Source: an uncultured Candidatus Bathyarchaeia archaeon
Lineage (GTDB): Archaea; Thermoproteota; Bathyarchaeia; Bathyarchaeales; Bathycorpusculaceae
Reading direction: 5' to 3'
Length of the DNA stretch: 58,642 bases
Assembly: GCA_964620515.1 (NCBI GenBank)
Contig: CAZUHG010000001.1
Coordinates: 1-58,642 of the forward strand
In this document: positions 44,185 through 52,843 of the stretch, piece after piece
Layout of the letters: each line of letters begins with the position of its first letter
Numbering within the stretch: position 1 is the first letter of the stretch
Translations under genes and position numbers: made by a program
Notes under the pieces: generated by a model
Told to the model about the DNA's origin: nothing
Databases searched by the model: none
What the model saw: the letters and a program-made list of their open reading frames with translations, nothing else

Positions 44185-44514
44185 ATGGCGGATGAAGAGC
44201 TTGAGGAGATTCGCAGAAGAAAACTTTTAGCTATGCAGCAAAGAATGACTGATGAACAAAAGCAAGTTCAAGCAGAACAACAGTTAGAAGCACAGAAGCA
44301 GGCGTTGCTGAGGCAGATACTTTCGCCTGAAGCTAGGCAAAGGCTGACCAACTTGAAAATGATTAAGCCAGAATTCACTGAGCAACTGGAGCTTCAGCTG
44401 ATACAGTTGGCGCAAGCAGACAAATTGCCCATACCATTGTCGGATGCTAAACTGAAACAAATATTAATCCAGCTTCAATCTCGGAAGCGAGATATTAAAA
44501 TTAGAAGGATATGA
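44185..44514 (+). CDS. PDCD5-like double-stranded DNA-binding protein
   Basis: [15 protein letters not shown]...[29 protein letters not shown]. It sits in its conserved position after rps19e. Confidence 0.85.
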   Translation: MADEELEEIRRRKLLAMQQRMTDEQKQVQAEQQLEAQKQALLRQILSPEARQRLTNLKMIKPEFTEQLELQLIQLAQADKLPIPLSDAKLKQILIQLQSRKRDIKIRRI

Positions 44515-44516
44515 AT

Positions 44517-44675
44517 ATGGCACGAGTTAAACCTCCAGCTAAAAAGCGCAGGTTAGCTAAAGCTAATAAGGAGAAGAAGGCTGTTCCAACTTGGGTTATA
44601 GTGCGGACTGATGGGAAAGTTAGGACGAACCCTAAACGAAGAAGAAATTGGAGAACACGAAAAATAAAGGCATAG
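44517..44675 (+). CDS. rpl39e: 50S ribosomal protein L39e
   Basis: This gene is not in the ORF track because it is under 60 aa. Manual translation gives [52 protein letters not shown]. It sits in the conserved position before rpl31e. Confidence 0.9.
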   Translation: MARVKPPAKKRRLAKANKEKKAVPTWVIVRTDGKVRTNPKRRRNWRTRKIKA

Positions 44676-44690
44676 GAGAGTTAGAAGCCA

Positions 44691-45212
44691 ATGGAAAAAG
44701 AAGCCAAAGAGGAAGAAGTTTCTGGAGAAGCACAGGTTGACGAAAAAGTAGCCGACGCAGACGTTAACGAAGAAAAAGCTGCTGACGAAATAGAAGAACT
44801 TTTGGCGGAAGAAGAAACCGCAGAGGAAACTGTTGAGGCTGAAGAGGAAGCTGCGCCAGCGGAAGAAGAGGAAGAAGCTAAACCTTCCAAAAAGAAGAAG
44901 GAAGAAGACGAAGACATTGTTGAAGAAAGGATTTATACGATTCCGTTGGGGAGGGCGTTGGTTAGGCCGCCTAAGAAAAGGGCTCCTCGGGCTATGCAGC
45001 TCATTAAAGCATTCATAACTAAACATATGAAGTTGGAAATGCGTGTTGAAGCGGAGGAGGAAAAGGGGGAATTGCCCCAGCTTGTTATAAGCAATGATGT
45101 TAACGAGAAAGTTTGGGGCAGAGGCATAGAGAAGCCTCCGCGGAAGATCAGGGTGCGCGCAGCTAAAGACAGAGAGGGCAATGTTACGCTTTATTTGGCT
45201 GAAGGCGAATGA
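44691..45212 (+). CDS. rpl31e: 50S ribosomal protein L31e with a long acidic N-terminal extension
   Basis: The core is ERIYTIPLGRALVRPPKKRAPRAMQLIKAFITKH...NEKVWGRGIEKPPRKIRVRAAKD. About 78 Glu/Ala-rich residues precede it. GGAGAG lies 10 nt upstream of the ATG. Confidence 0.88.
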   Translation: MEKEAKEEEVSGEAQVDEKVADADVNEEKAADEIEELLAEEETAEETVEAEEEAAPAEEEEEAKPSKKKKEEDEDIVEERIYTIPLGRALVRPPKKRAPRAMQLIKAFITKHMKLEMRVEAEEEKGELPQLVISNDVNEKVWGRGIEKPPRKIRVRAAKDREGNVTLYLAEGE

Positions 45213-45215
45213 TCC

Positions 45216-45896
45216 TTGGCCGTTTACTTGTCCAGCATTGTTGGAAGCGCAAGCATAGGCGTTTACTCGCTTGCCAATGATAAAATTGTTATAATTCCGA
45301 AAATGGTTCCACTGGAAAAAGCTGAGAGAACAGCTGAATGGCTGAAAGTGAAACTCGTTCACACTTCTATTGGCGGTTCTGTGCTGGCTGGTGCATTGGC
45401 TTATGCAAACTCCAATGGAATTCTGCTTCCAAACTCAGTCAGAGACGAAGAACTGGCTGCAATTAAATCGTCGTTTGAGGGTAACGTTGCGATAATGGAG
45501 ACGAAAAAGACGGCTTACGGTAACTTGGTCTTAGCTAACGATAACGGCGCGGTTGTTGATCCGCGCTTCAAGGAGCCTGAAATCAGGCAAATCGCCGACA
45601 CGTTGGGTGTTGAGGCGATTCCAAGCGAGATTGCGGGGTTGCCCTATGTTGGGTCGTTGGCTGTGGCTACAAACAAAGGCGTTTTGGCTCATCCGTTGTT
45701 GAAAGACGAGGAAAGAAAAATTCTGGAAAGCGTTTTCAAAGTTCCCGTTGACGTTGGCACGATCAACTGTGGAATACCTTACGTGGGCACTGGCTTAATA
45801 GGCAACAGGCATGCTGCTGTAGCTGGTTCTTTGACTACGGGACCCGAGATGTTTATAATTGGGAATGCACTGGATGTTGTGCAGGAAGATGAGTAA
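45216..45896 (+). CDS. eif6: translation initiation factor 6 (aIF6)
   Basis: GSASIGVYSLANDKIVIIP... with the pentameric repeat pattern (SIGGSVLAG..NSNGILLP; GNLVLANDNGAVV; GSLAVATNKGVLAHP). The start codon is TTG. Confidence 0.9.
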   Translation: MAVYLSSIVGSASIGVYSLANDKIVIIPKMVPLEKAERTAEWLKVKLVHTSIGGSVLAGALAYANSNGILLPNSVRDEELAAIKSSFEGNVAIMETKKTAYGNLVLANDNGAVVDPRFKEPEIRQIADTLGVEAIPSEIAGLPYVGSLAVATNKGVLAHPLLKDEERKILESVFKVPVDVGTINCGIPYVGTGLIGNRHAAVAGSLTTGPEMFIIGNALDVVQEDE

Positions 45897-46125
45897 ATTG
45901 AAAGTTTTCAGAGTAACCGGCGAGATCAACAAGCCCAAGTTGAAGACGCCATTTGCAAAAGAAGTGGTGGTTGCTAAACCTGAGCATGCTGTTGAGAAGG
46001 TCTACGCGGAAATCGGCAGCAAACACCGCGTTAAAAGGCACCATATCAAAATATTGAAGGTTGAAGAGGTCTCGCTTGACGAGATTGAGAATCCTATTTT
46101 GAAGAAAATAGTTGCTGGGGAATAA
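45889..46125 (+). CDS. rplX: 50S ribosomal protein LX (L18Ae/L20A family)
   Basis: MSKLKVFRVTGEINKPKLKTPFAKEVVVAKPEHAVEKVYAEIGSKHRVKRHHIKI. The start overlaps the end of eif6. Confidence 0.85.
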   Translation: MSKLKVFRVTGEINKPKLKTPFAKEVVVAKPEHAVEKVYAEIGSKHRVKRHHIKILKVEEVSLDEIENPILKKIVAGE

Positions 46126-46129
46126 GCCA

Positions 46130-46570
46130 GTGGCGAACATAAGCAAAGAGGAAGAAGAGCTTCGCAAGCTCAGCGTTGAAATGCGCTTTTTAGAGCAGAC
46201 CGCCGAAACCCTGCAGCAGCGGATTAGCATGATGAACGCGGCTATGACGGATTTGACTTACGCTAGTATGACTTTGGAGGACGTAGAAAATGAAAAAGAG
46301 AATGCGGAACTTCTTGTTCCAATAGGCGGCAGTTCCTACATCAAAGTGAAGCTGGCAAACACTGACAAGGTGGTTGTCGGCATGGGCGCAGGCGTATCAA
46401 TTGAGAAGACGCTGCCAGAGGCGAAGGCAATAGTCAAAGAGCGACTAGATGAGTTAGAGAAGGCTATGGCGGCAGCGCAACAGCAGTTTGCCCAAGTTGC
46501 CGACCGAATTAACGCGGATAGAAACAGACTCGAAAGTTTACTTGCCATAGTGAGAGAAGGGAAAGCTTAA
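46130..46570 (+). CDS. pfdA: prefoldin alpha subunit
   Basis: A coiled-coil / beta-hairpin / coiled-coil layout: LLVPIGGSSYIKVKLANTDKVVVGMGAGVSIEKTLPEAKAIVKERLDEL. The GTG start at 46130 is preferred; the track TTG is at 46112. Confidence 0.85.
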   Translation: MANISKEEEELRKLSVEMRFLEQTAETLQQRISMMNAAMTDLTYASMTLEDVENEKENAELLVPIGGSSYIKVKLANTDKVVVGMGAGVSIEKTLPEAKAIVKERLDELEKAMAAAQQQFAQVADRINADRNRLESLLAIVREGKA

Positions 46571-46574
46571 AGCG

Positions 46575-47480
46575 ATGTTTGAGAAGCTCAAGTCGGGCTT
46601 TAAAGGGCTCGTAACCAAGGTTACAACAACTGAGCTTAAAGCTGAAAACCTGAATCCCATCCTTTCTGATTTTAAGATGAGCCTCGCGGAAAACGATGTT
46701 GCGTTTCCGGTGGCAGATCGAATATGTGATGAACTTGAAAAACGTTTAGCTGGCATGCAGGTTAAGCGTTTGGAAGACCGCAAGAAACTTGTGGAAGAAA
46801 ACCTGCGGCAAGTGCTCTTGGATGTGATGCTTACAAACAACAAAATTGACCTGCTGAAAAAAGCTGAGGAGAAACGCAAAACAGGCGAGCCGTACACTCT
46901 GCTTTTTGTGGGCATAAACGGCACGGGAAAAACGACAACCATAGCCAAAGTCGCACAGTATCTTCGAGATAAAGGCTATTCGGTAGTGCTTGCTGGCAGC
47001 GACACTTACCGCGCGGGTTCTATTGAGCAGTTGGAAGAGCACGCTCGCCGCTTGGGCATGCGCATGATCAAGCACAAGTACGGTGCGGATCCTGCGGCTG
47101 TGGCGTATGACGCGATAAGCCACGCTAAAGCGCACGGCGTAAACGTTGTTTTGATTGACACTGCTGGCAGGATGCAGACGAACCAGAACTTGATGAACGA
47201 GCTTGCTAAGGTGAAGCGGGTTGTAGCTCCTGACTTGACGGTTTTAACTTTGGATTCGCTTATTGGTAACGACGCGGTTATGCAGGCTGAAGAGTTCCAC
47301 AAGTCCATAGGTGTTGACGCGACGATTTTGACGAAGGTGGATGCGGACGTGAAAGGCGGCTCAGCCCTGAGCGTGACTTATGTGACGCAGAAGCCGATAC
47401 TGTTCATCGGCGTGGGGCAGACGTATAAGGACTTGGAACTGTTTAATCCAGAAAAATTCGTCCAAATGATCCTAAGATGA
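46575..47480 (+). CDS. ftsY: signal recognition particle receptor FtsY
   Basis: The NG domain has LLFVGINGTGKTTTIAK, DTYRAGSIEQL, DTAGRMQTN, TKVDADVKGG and GVGQTYKDL. Confidence 0.93.
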   Translation: MFEKLKSGFKGLVTKVTTTELKAENLNPILSDFKMSLAENDVAFPVADRICDELEKRLAGMQVKRLEDRKKLVEENLRQVLLDVMLTNNKIDLLKKAEEKRKTGEPYTLLFVGINGTGKTTTIAKVAQYLRDKGYSVVLAGSDTYRAGSIEQLEEHARRLGMRMIKHKYGADPAAVAYDAISHAKAHGVNVVLIDTAGRMQTNQNLMNELAKVKRVVAPDLTVLTLDSLIGNDAVMQAEEFHKSIGVDATILTKVDADVKGGSALSVTYVTQKPILFIGVGQTYKDLELFNPEKFVQMILR

Positions 47481-47545
47481 ACACTTCCTGAATTTTGGGC
47501 GCTATTTGCTTTTTTGTTGAATCTCTGGATTCGCGCGTATGGCTG

Positions 47546-48040
47546 CTAATAGGTTTTTCCTAGCATCACGAAGGCTACAACGCCGCCTATGCAAGCTAGC
47601 ACAATTATTAGGACCATGAAGAGCATTTGCGGCATCCCCAAAATGTAGTGAGTAATTTCATAGTCTAAGGTTACCCGTAGCTCTTCTGTTTGATCAGTGT
47701 TATCGAAGTGCAACACGTGCTCACCTTCAGCGTCGCAGATAAAACTGTAACTGAAATCGCCCGTCCCGCTGAAGTTTCTCACGGTGGCGTTTGGAAAACT
47801 TATGGAAAACTGCAGGGCTCTAACGTTTCCTCCAACTAACCTGTATTGTATCAAAACACGGTCTTCAACAACGAGATTTATTGGATAAATCTCTTCCTCC
47901 CCAGCTTGCACTACAATGCTAGCTGGTATCGCTTGACCAAACCCCACGAGAACGCCAATCAACGCTAAAATAATAAGAACATACACGGGTGATTTTCTAA
48001 GATTTGGCATTGCAATTGTACTTGTCGCGTTTAAGTCCAT
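47546..48040 (-). CDS. small type-I membrane protein with an emp24/p24 GOLD-like domain pattern
   Basis: A signal anchor comes first. Then VVQAGEEEIYPINL..RVLIQYRLVGGNVRALQFSISFPNA...GTGDFSYSFICDAEGEHVLHFDNT..LRVTLDYEI, followed by a TM helix and a short GKTY tail. Alternative starts are at 48010 and 48118. Confidence 0.55.
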   Translation of the reverse strand: MDLNATSTIAMPNLRKSPVYVLIILALIGVLVGFGQAIPASIVVQAGEEEIYPINLVVEDRVLIQYRLVGGNVRALQFSISFPNATVRNFSGTGDFSYSFICDAEGEHVLHFDNTDQTEELRVTLDYEITHYILGMPQMLFMVLIIVLACIGGVVAFVMLGKTY

Positions 48041-48163
48041 AACTTTTATGAATTTGCGATTCAGAAACGGAATATCAATCGGAACACTGCTGCATTTGCG
48101 AGCCAAATCGCAGCGCAAAATTTACAAAGCCGCCAGCACATTTAGGTTTAGGAGAATCCTATC

Positions 48164-48382
48164 GTGACATGCTACTTCAGACATCTTGAAGACGTTTTCA
48201 AGAAAGCAGGTATAGAAGTCAACCATGACAATAAAGTTGAACTTGACAGATTAATCCACGACATAGTCGGCGTGAAATACAAGAATTGCCCAGTTGCTTG
48301 GAGACAGATTAAAACTCGGTTAGCACAAGACGAAGCAGGTTTTGTTTCAAAGCTAAGAGAGGAATGGAACAGGCGAGAGTAG
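48164..48382 (+). CDS. small hypothetical protein (72 aa)
   Basis: GTG-start ORF with a non-repetitive, charged helical sequence. No family was recognised. Confidence 0.4.
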   Translation: MTCYFRHLEDVFKKAGIEVNHDNKVELDRLIHDIVGVKYKNCPVAWRQIKTRLAQDEAGFVSKLREEWNRRE

Positions 48383-48450
48383 TCAGTACCGTATTTTTTA
48401 ACAAAGGCTGAAAAGCACAAAGCGAGGGAACAGGCATATACAAGCGATTA

Positions 48451-48852
48451 ATGGTTTTTTCTGACGGTGGCGCTAGAGGTAACCCTGGACCAGCCGCCGC
48501 GGCTTTCATAGTTCTATCGGAAACTGGTCAAGTCTTAACGACGAATTCGCGTTATCTGGGCTTGCGCACTAACAATCAAGCTGAATATGAAGCGTTGATA
48601 GCGGCGCTGCAATTTGCGGCAACAGTTAACGCTGAAGAAGTTACTTGCCACCTTGACAGCGAACTAGTCACCAAGCAGCTTACTGGAGAATACGCCGTGA
48701 AAAACTCGGAGCTGAGAAAATTGTGGAGCAAAGTCAGGGAATTAAACAAGTGCTTCAAAAAAGTCCGTTTCATAAGTGTGCCCAGAACTAACATTCAAAT
48801 TCAAAAGGCAGACGCACTTGTAAATGAAACATTAGACGAAAAAAACAGATAG
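48451..48852 (+). CDS. rnhA: ribonuclease HI (type 1 RNase H, short archaeal form)
   Basis: MVFSDGGARGNPGPAAAAFIV...TNNQAEYEALIAAL...HLDSELVTKQL...KADALVNE; the DEDD catalytic positions are present. Confidence 0.85.
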   Translation: MVFSDGGARGNPGPAAAAFIVLSETGQVLTTNSRYLGLRTNNQAEYEALIAALQFAATVNAEEVTCHLDSELVTKQLTGEYAVKNSELRKLWSKVRELNKCFKKVRFISVPRTNIQIQKADALVNETLDEKNR

Positions 48853-48873
48853 CGTCTGGATGGAAGAAGCCAC

Positions 48874-49263
48874 ATGTTTGTTCACACTAGCATCCGTACA
48901 AGTAATATGGATCGATCAATCGACTTTTACACTAGACTTCTGGGTCTCACGCTTGTGAGTCGGCGAGAGATACCGCAGAATAACGCTGAGATTGCTTTTC
49001 TCAGAGACCCGCAAGCCAGAGGCGCCACGCTTGAATTGACTTTCTACCGTAACCAGAGAAAGTTCAGTCAACCAGACTACGAGGATCGCGTGTTTGATCA
49101 TCTTGCCTTCGAAGTAATGGACATGAAAAAGACAATTGAGGCTATGAGAAAAGAAAAGGTCACGATAACTGACGAGCCATTCAAGCTTAGCCCGACAAGC
49201 TCAACGATAGCGTTTGTGGAAGACCCTGACGGAACACTTATTGAACTGATTGAAAAACCGTGA
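48874..49263 (+). CDS. VOC-family protein (glyoxalase I-like)
   Basis: HTSIRTSNMDRSIDFYTRLLGL...LELTF...DHLAFEV.D....IAFVEDPDGTLIELIE. Confidence 0.8.
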   Translation: MFVHTSIRTSNMDRSIDFYTRLLGLTLVSRREIPQNNAEIAFLRDPQARGATLELTFYRNQRKFSQPDYEDRVFDHLAFEVMDMKKTIEAMRKEKVTITDEPFKLSPTSSTIAFVEDPDGTLIELIEKP

Positions 49264-49388
49264 ATGCGGAAAAGTAAATTAACGCAGGTAACAGCATAAC
49301 AGACTGGTGCACATCCACGAGCAATATACAGGGTCCTGTCACTTATAGAGGCAGAAGCCTCGGCATTGTCACTCTGACCATAGCTCAA

Positions 49389-49745
49389 TTGCTGATTGGA
49401 GTCATTCATGTTTTTTCTGGGCTGTGGTTCCTGACCGCAGGCGCTTTAGCTGGTTCCATTCTATCCGCACAATTTCCACTGATTTACAGCATATACACGT
49501 TGGTTTTTGGACTGCTAACTCTCGTTTTTACTGTTGGAATTTGGTTAGGCAACAGTTGGGGTTGGATAGGCACAGTCGCCGTTTCCATTTTTGTTATTGC
49601 CGCGGATGCCTTAGCACTTCTGAATTTACCCAGCATCCCTGGCATTCCACAATTTGCGGGGGCAGCTGAAATTATGTACAGTCTCATTGTCTTGCTTTAT
49701 CTGTCGCAATCTCACGTTAGAATCAAATACAAAATATCTAAATGA
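49389..49745 (+). CDS. small polytopic membrane protein (N-terminus uncertain)
   Basis: 3-4 TM helices. The open frame extends up to 49278, and the first helix appears to begin upstream of the TTG at 49389. Confidence 0.55.
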   Translation: MLIGVIHVFSGLWFLTAGALAGSILSAQFPLIYSIYTLVFGLLTLVFTVGIWLGNSWGWIGTVAVSIFVIAADALALLNLPSIPGIPQFAGAAEIMYSLIVLLYLSQSHVRIKYKISK

Positions 49746-50037
49746 AACACGCTGCACCAAGGGAGGGTTAGCGTGTCACAAACGGTAGCTTCAAATGATA
49801 TTTTCCATTTTTCTTCGATTATTTAGCTATATAGTAGTACGAAAAATATTTATGAGTTATACGTAAAGTCTGACAGGGTTTGAAGGGTAGCGATGTAGTT
49901 AATGATGACAGACGCCTTCAATCAAAAGTTGCGAGTAAAACGCCTTGATGCCACGGTTAAGGTTACGTTCTTCATCGTAGAGCATCAGGTACAACTGGAG
50001 GAGAAATAGCACGTATCGGCGCAAAGTCTCAGATGCT

Positions 50038-51672
50038 TTGAACGCGTTGTCCTCGAAGAAAGCGCCAAAATACGCCACCTACCTCACCGCAATAGTAGTG
50101 TTCCTCGCGTTAATTCTGTTGCCGCCCATCATCGGAATTTTCACAAAAATCGACACTATTCAACAAGTTTTTAATCAGCCGCTACTGATGGATCGAGCGC
50201 TTAGTGCCGTGGCAAATTCTTTCATCATTGCGCTGGTGGTTTCTATGTTGGATGTTGTGGCGGGTGTTCCCTTAGCTTGGCTTATTACTCGAGGAAAATC
50301 AAGGTGGCTAAACATTCTTGACACTTTGGCGGATATACCGTTTATCGTGCCGACGGCGGCGCTTGGCTATTCGCTGCTGCTTTTCTGGAATGGACCTGAA
50401 GGGTTGTCTGCCCTTTTTGGCGGTTCACTGATTTCTCCAGGCTGGCTGCTTATCGCTTTGCTACATTTCACTTTTTCATTTCCAATCGTAGTTCGAGTTA
50501 TGGTTGGAGCGCTACTTGACTACAAAATGGAGTTTGAGCGGGCATCCAGAACCTTAGGCGCAGCACCTTTCACGGCGGTTCGAACAGTCACGTTCCCGAT
50601 ACTTAGACCTGCACTGATAGCATCGTACATTCTTTCGTTTGCCCGTTCTCTTTCGGAAACAGGAGCCACATTCATCGTTGCAGGATTATTTGAAAACGGT
50701 CCAGTTTTTCTTCAAAATGTGAAAAACGAGTTTTCAGTTTCGAATCCAGCTCTCTACGAAGGCGCCACTGTGTTCGCAAGCTTAATCCTGATAGTAATTT
50801 CGATTTCAATTTTTGCTTTGATCCGTGTTTACGGTTCGAAGTTGCGATTGCCAATCAAGGGGATTTGGCCTAGCTTCGAGAGAAAACTGAGTTACAAAAA
50901 AGCCGCAACCTCAAGAAACAGCATCGCGCTGATAGTTTTCTTTATTATAGTTTTGGTTCCGTCCTTGTTTGTGGCTTTGCCGGCATTCCAAGCGTTGTTT
51001 AACGGCACCATTTCAGATGCGGTTTCAGGTTCAGGCGTGTGGAGTAATTACTGGCAAAGTTTGCTTGTTTCATACCTGCTAGCTGGAATTGTTACTTTGC
51101 TTAGTTTTGTGATTGGGTTGCCGATGGCTATACTGATTGCCAGAAAAAGATTCGGCAAGTTTACTTCAACACTGTTTGATGTTCTAGTTAACATTCCATT
51201 AATAGTGCCGTCAATAGCGCTAGGTGTTTCCTTGAAGTTTTTCTGGCAGAGTTTTGCGTTCATCCCTGAATTCCTTCTCTTAATTTTTGCTCATTTGGCT
51301 ATCACTTACCCGTATTTTGTAAGGTCTATGTCGGCAGCGTTCGAGCGGATAAGTCTCGACATGGAGGAAGCCGCGAGAACATTGGGGGCTAAGCCTTTCG
51401 GCGTGTTCAGAACGATAATGTTGCCGTTGACGAAGTACTCGATTCTTTCAGGAGCTATAATGGTTTTCACCAGAAGCGTAAGCGAAACCGGCGCAACCTT
51501 GGCTGTGGTAACAACACTGCAAACAGCGCCTGTTGTTATCGTTAACTGGGTAAAGCAGGTTGTTCCAACTACTCCATCGGAAATTGGACTCGGCTGCGGC
51601 ATCCTGATACTGTTATCTTTCGTAATTTTGCTTGTGCTAAGGCTTCTAACCAGAGGAAAAGGAAGATACTGA
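50038..51672 (+). CDS. ABC transporter permease, fused double permease (FbpB/ThiP-like, about 12 TM)
   Basis: Two EAA-loop-containing halves (ERASRTLGAAPFTAVRTVTFPILRPAL and EEAARTLGAKPFGVFRTIMLPLTKYSI). The start codon is TTG. Confidence 0.85.
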   Translation: MNALSSKKAPKYATYLTAIVVFLALILLPPIIGIFTKIDTIQQVFNQPLLMDRALSAVANSFIIALVVSMLDVVAGVPLAWLITRGKSRWLNILDTLADIPFIVPTAALGYSLLLFWNGPEGLSALFGGSLISPGWLLIALLHFTFSFPIVVRVMVGALLDYKMEFERASRTLGAAPFTAVRTVTFPILRPALIASYILSFARSLSETGATFIVAGLFENGPVFLQNVKNEFSVSNPALYEGATVFASLILIVISISIFALIRVYGSKLRLPIKGIWPSFERKLSYKKAATSRNSIALIVFFIIVLVPSLFVALPAFQALFNGTISDAVSGSGVWSNYWQSLLVSYLLAGIVTLLSFVIGLPMAILIARKRFGKFTSTLFDVLVNIPLIVPSIALGVSLKFFWQSFAFIPEFLLLIFAHLAITYPYFVRSMSAAFERISLDMEEAARTLGAKPFGVFRTIMLPLTKYSILSGAIMVFTRSVSETGATLAVVTTLQTAPVVIVNWVKQVVPTTPSEIGLGCGILILLSFVILLVLRLLTRGKGRY

Positions 51673-51728
51673 TATGGCAGTTTATAACTTTCATAATCAT
51701 AGTATACGTCTGAAGAGAGGCTTCATTA

Positions 51729-52829
51729 ATGCCTGATGTCCGCGTAGTTAACTTAACAAAGAAGTTCGGAGACATAACCGCATTAGACAACGTTAACCTA
51801 GTAATCCACGACAAAGAATACTTCTCCTTGCTGGGACCAAGCGGCTGTGGAAAAACCACCCTGCTGAGGCTGATAGCTGGGTTAATTGAACCCACCAGCG
51901 GCGAAATCTACATCGGAGAAAGGCGAGTGGACGATGTGCCGCCAGAAGACAGGGAGATCGGCTTTGTCTTTCAAACCTTTGCCCTGTTTCCACACTTGAC
52001 CGTTTGGGATAACGTGAACTATGGTCCCAGAGTTAAGAACTTTGACCCTAAGGCGTCAGGCACCATAGTTGAAGAAGTGCTTGAGATGGTTAAGCTTCAT
52101 GAACGTTTAGACGCATATCCCAACGAGTTAAGCGGCGGAATGATGCAGCGAATAGCAGTAGCTCGAGCATTAGCTGCTGGAGCAAAGATTTTGCTTTTGG
52201 ATGAACCGTTGGGGCAGTTGGACGCAAAAGTTAGAAACGAAATTAGATACGAAATGAGAAGAATGGCTAAGGACTTGAACCTGACCGCTATCCATGTTAC
52301 CCATGATCAAGCTGAAGCCATGTCGATTTCGGATAGAATTGCAGTTATGAAGAAGGGAAAAATCGTGCAGGTGGGGACGCCGCAGGAGCTTTACATGAAC
52401 CCAAACAGCCTGTTCGTCGCGCATTTCATTGGAGAATCAAACTTTCTGGAAGGCTCGGTTGCGAACGCCACCAATGGCGAGTTAGTGATAGAACTCCGCG
52501 GCGGAGTTAAAGTCCACGCTTTTGGCAAAGGTGTAAAGAAGGGAGAGAGGGCAATTGTAGTAGTGAGACCTGAAGTATTCGTAGTTGAGCACAAAGAAAA
52601 ACGGGGCGGAAACGTGCTCAGGGGCGTAGTGGGAAAAATCACGTTTGAAGGCACTTTCATAAGATATGTGATTAAGCTTGAGAGTGAGGATTCAGTGGTG
52701 GTGATTAAGCCCTCTTTAACCGAGAAATGGTTTAACGTGGGAGCAAGCATAACGCTAAGCTTTGAGCCAGAAAAAGCGCATGTCTTTCCGTATCCTGAAG
52801 CGGGATTAATTGACGAAATATCAGTTTGA
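51729..52829 (+). CDS. ABC transporter ATP-binding protein (PotA/FbpC/CysA-like with a C-terminal TOBE-type domain)
   Basis: Walker A GPSGCGKTT, Q-loop, signature LSGGMMQR, Walker B ILLLDEPLGQLD and H-loop VTHDQ. Confidence 0.9.
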   Translation: MPDVRVVNLTKKFGDITALDNVNLVIHDKEYFSLLGPSGCGKTTLLRLIAGLIEPTSGEIYIGERRVDDVPPEDREIGFVFQTFALFPHLTVWDNVNYGPRVKNFDPKASGTIVEEVLEMVKLHERLDAYPNELSGGMMQRIAVARALAAGAKILLLDEPLGQLDAKVRNEIRYEMRRMAKDLNLTAIHVTHDQAEAMSISDRIAVMKKGKIVQVGTPQELYMNPNSLFVAHFIGESNFLEGSVANATNGELVIELRGGVKVHAFGKGVKKGERAIVVVRPEVFVVEHKEKRGGNVLRGVVGKITFEGTFIRYVIKLESEDSVVVIKPSLTEKWFNVGASITLSFEPEKAHVFPYPEAGLIDEISV

Positions 52830-52843
52830 CAGCTATGACCTTT

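Noticed and set aside
44553-45362. 269-aa ORF on the minus strand spanning rpl39e, rpl31e and the start of eif6.
   Set aside because: It is antisense to three clearly recognisable ribosomal/translation genes. Its translation is Phe/Leu/Ser low-complexity, the mirror of the GAA/GAG-rich sense strand. It is an artefact of compositional bias.
46538-47308. Three minus-strand ORFs (136, 129 and 100 aa) antisense to ftsY.
   Set aside because: ftsY is unambiguous from its GTPase motifs, and the antisense ORFs are Ser/Arg/Phe-rich.
49780-50037. Possible TPP or other riboswitch in the leader of the FbpB/ThiP-like ABC transporter.
   Set aside because: I could not find the conserved CUGAGA / ACCUGAUCUGGAUAAUGCCAGCG-type TPP motifs or any other riboswitch core I recognise. 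The idea is left for an Rfam scan.
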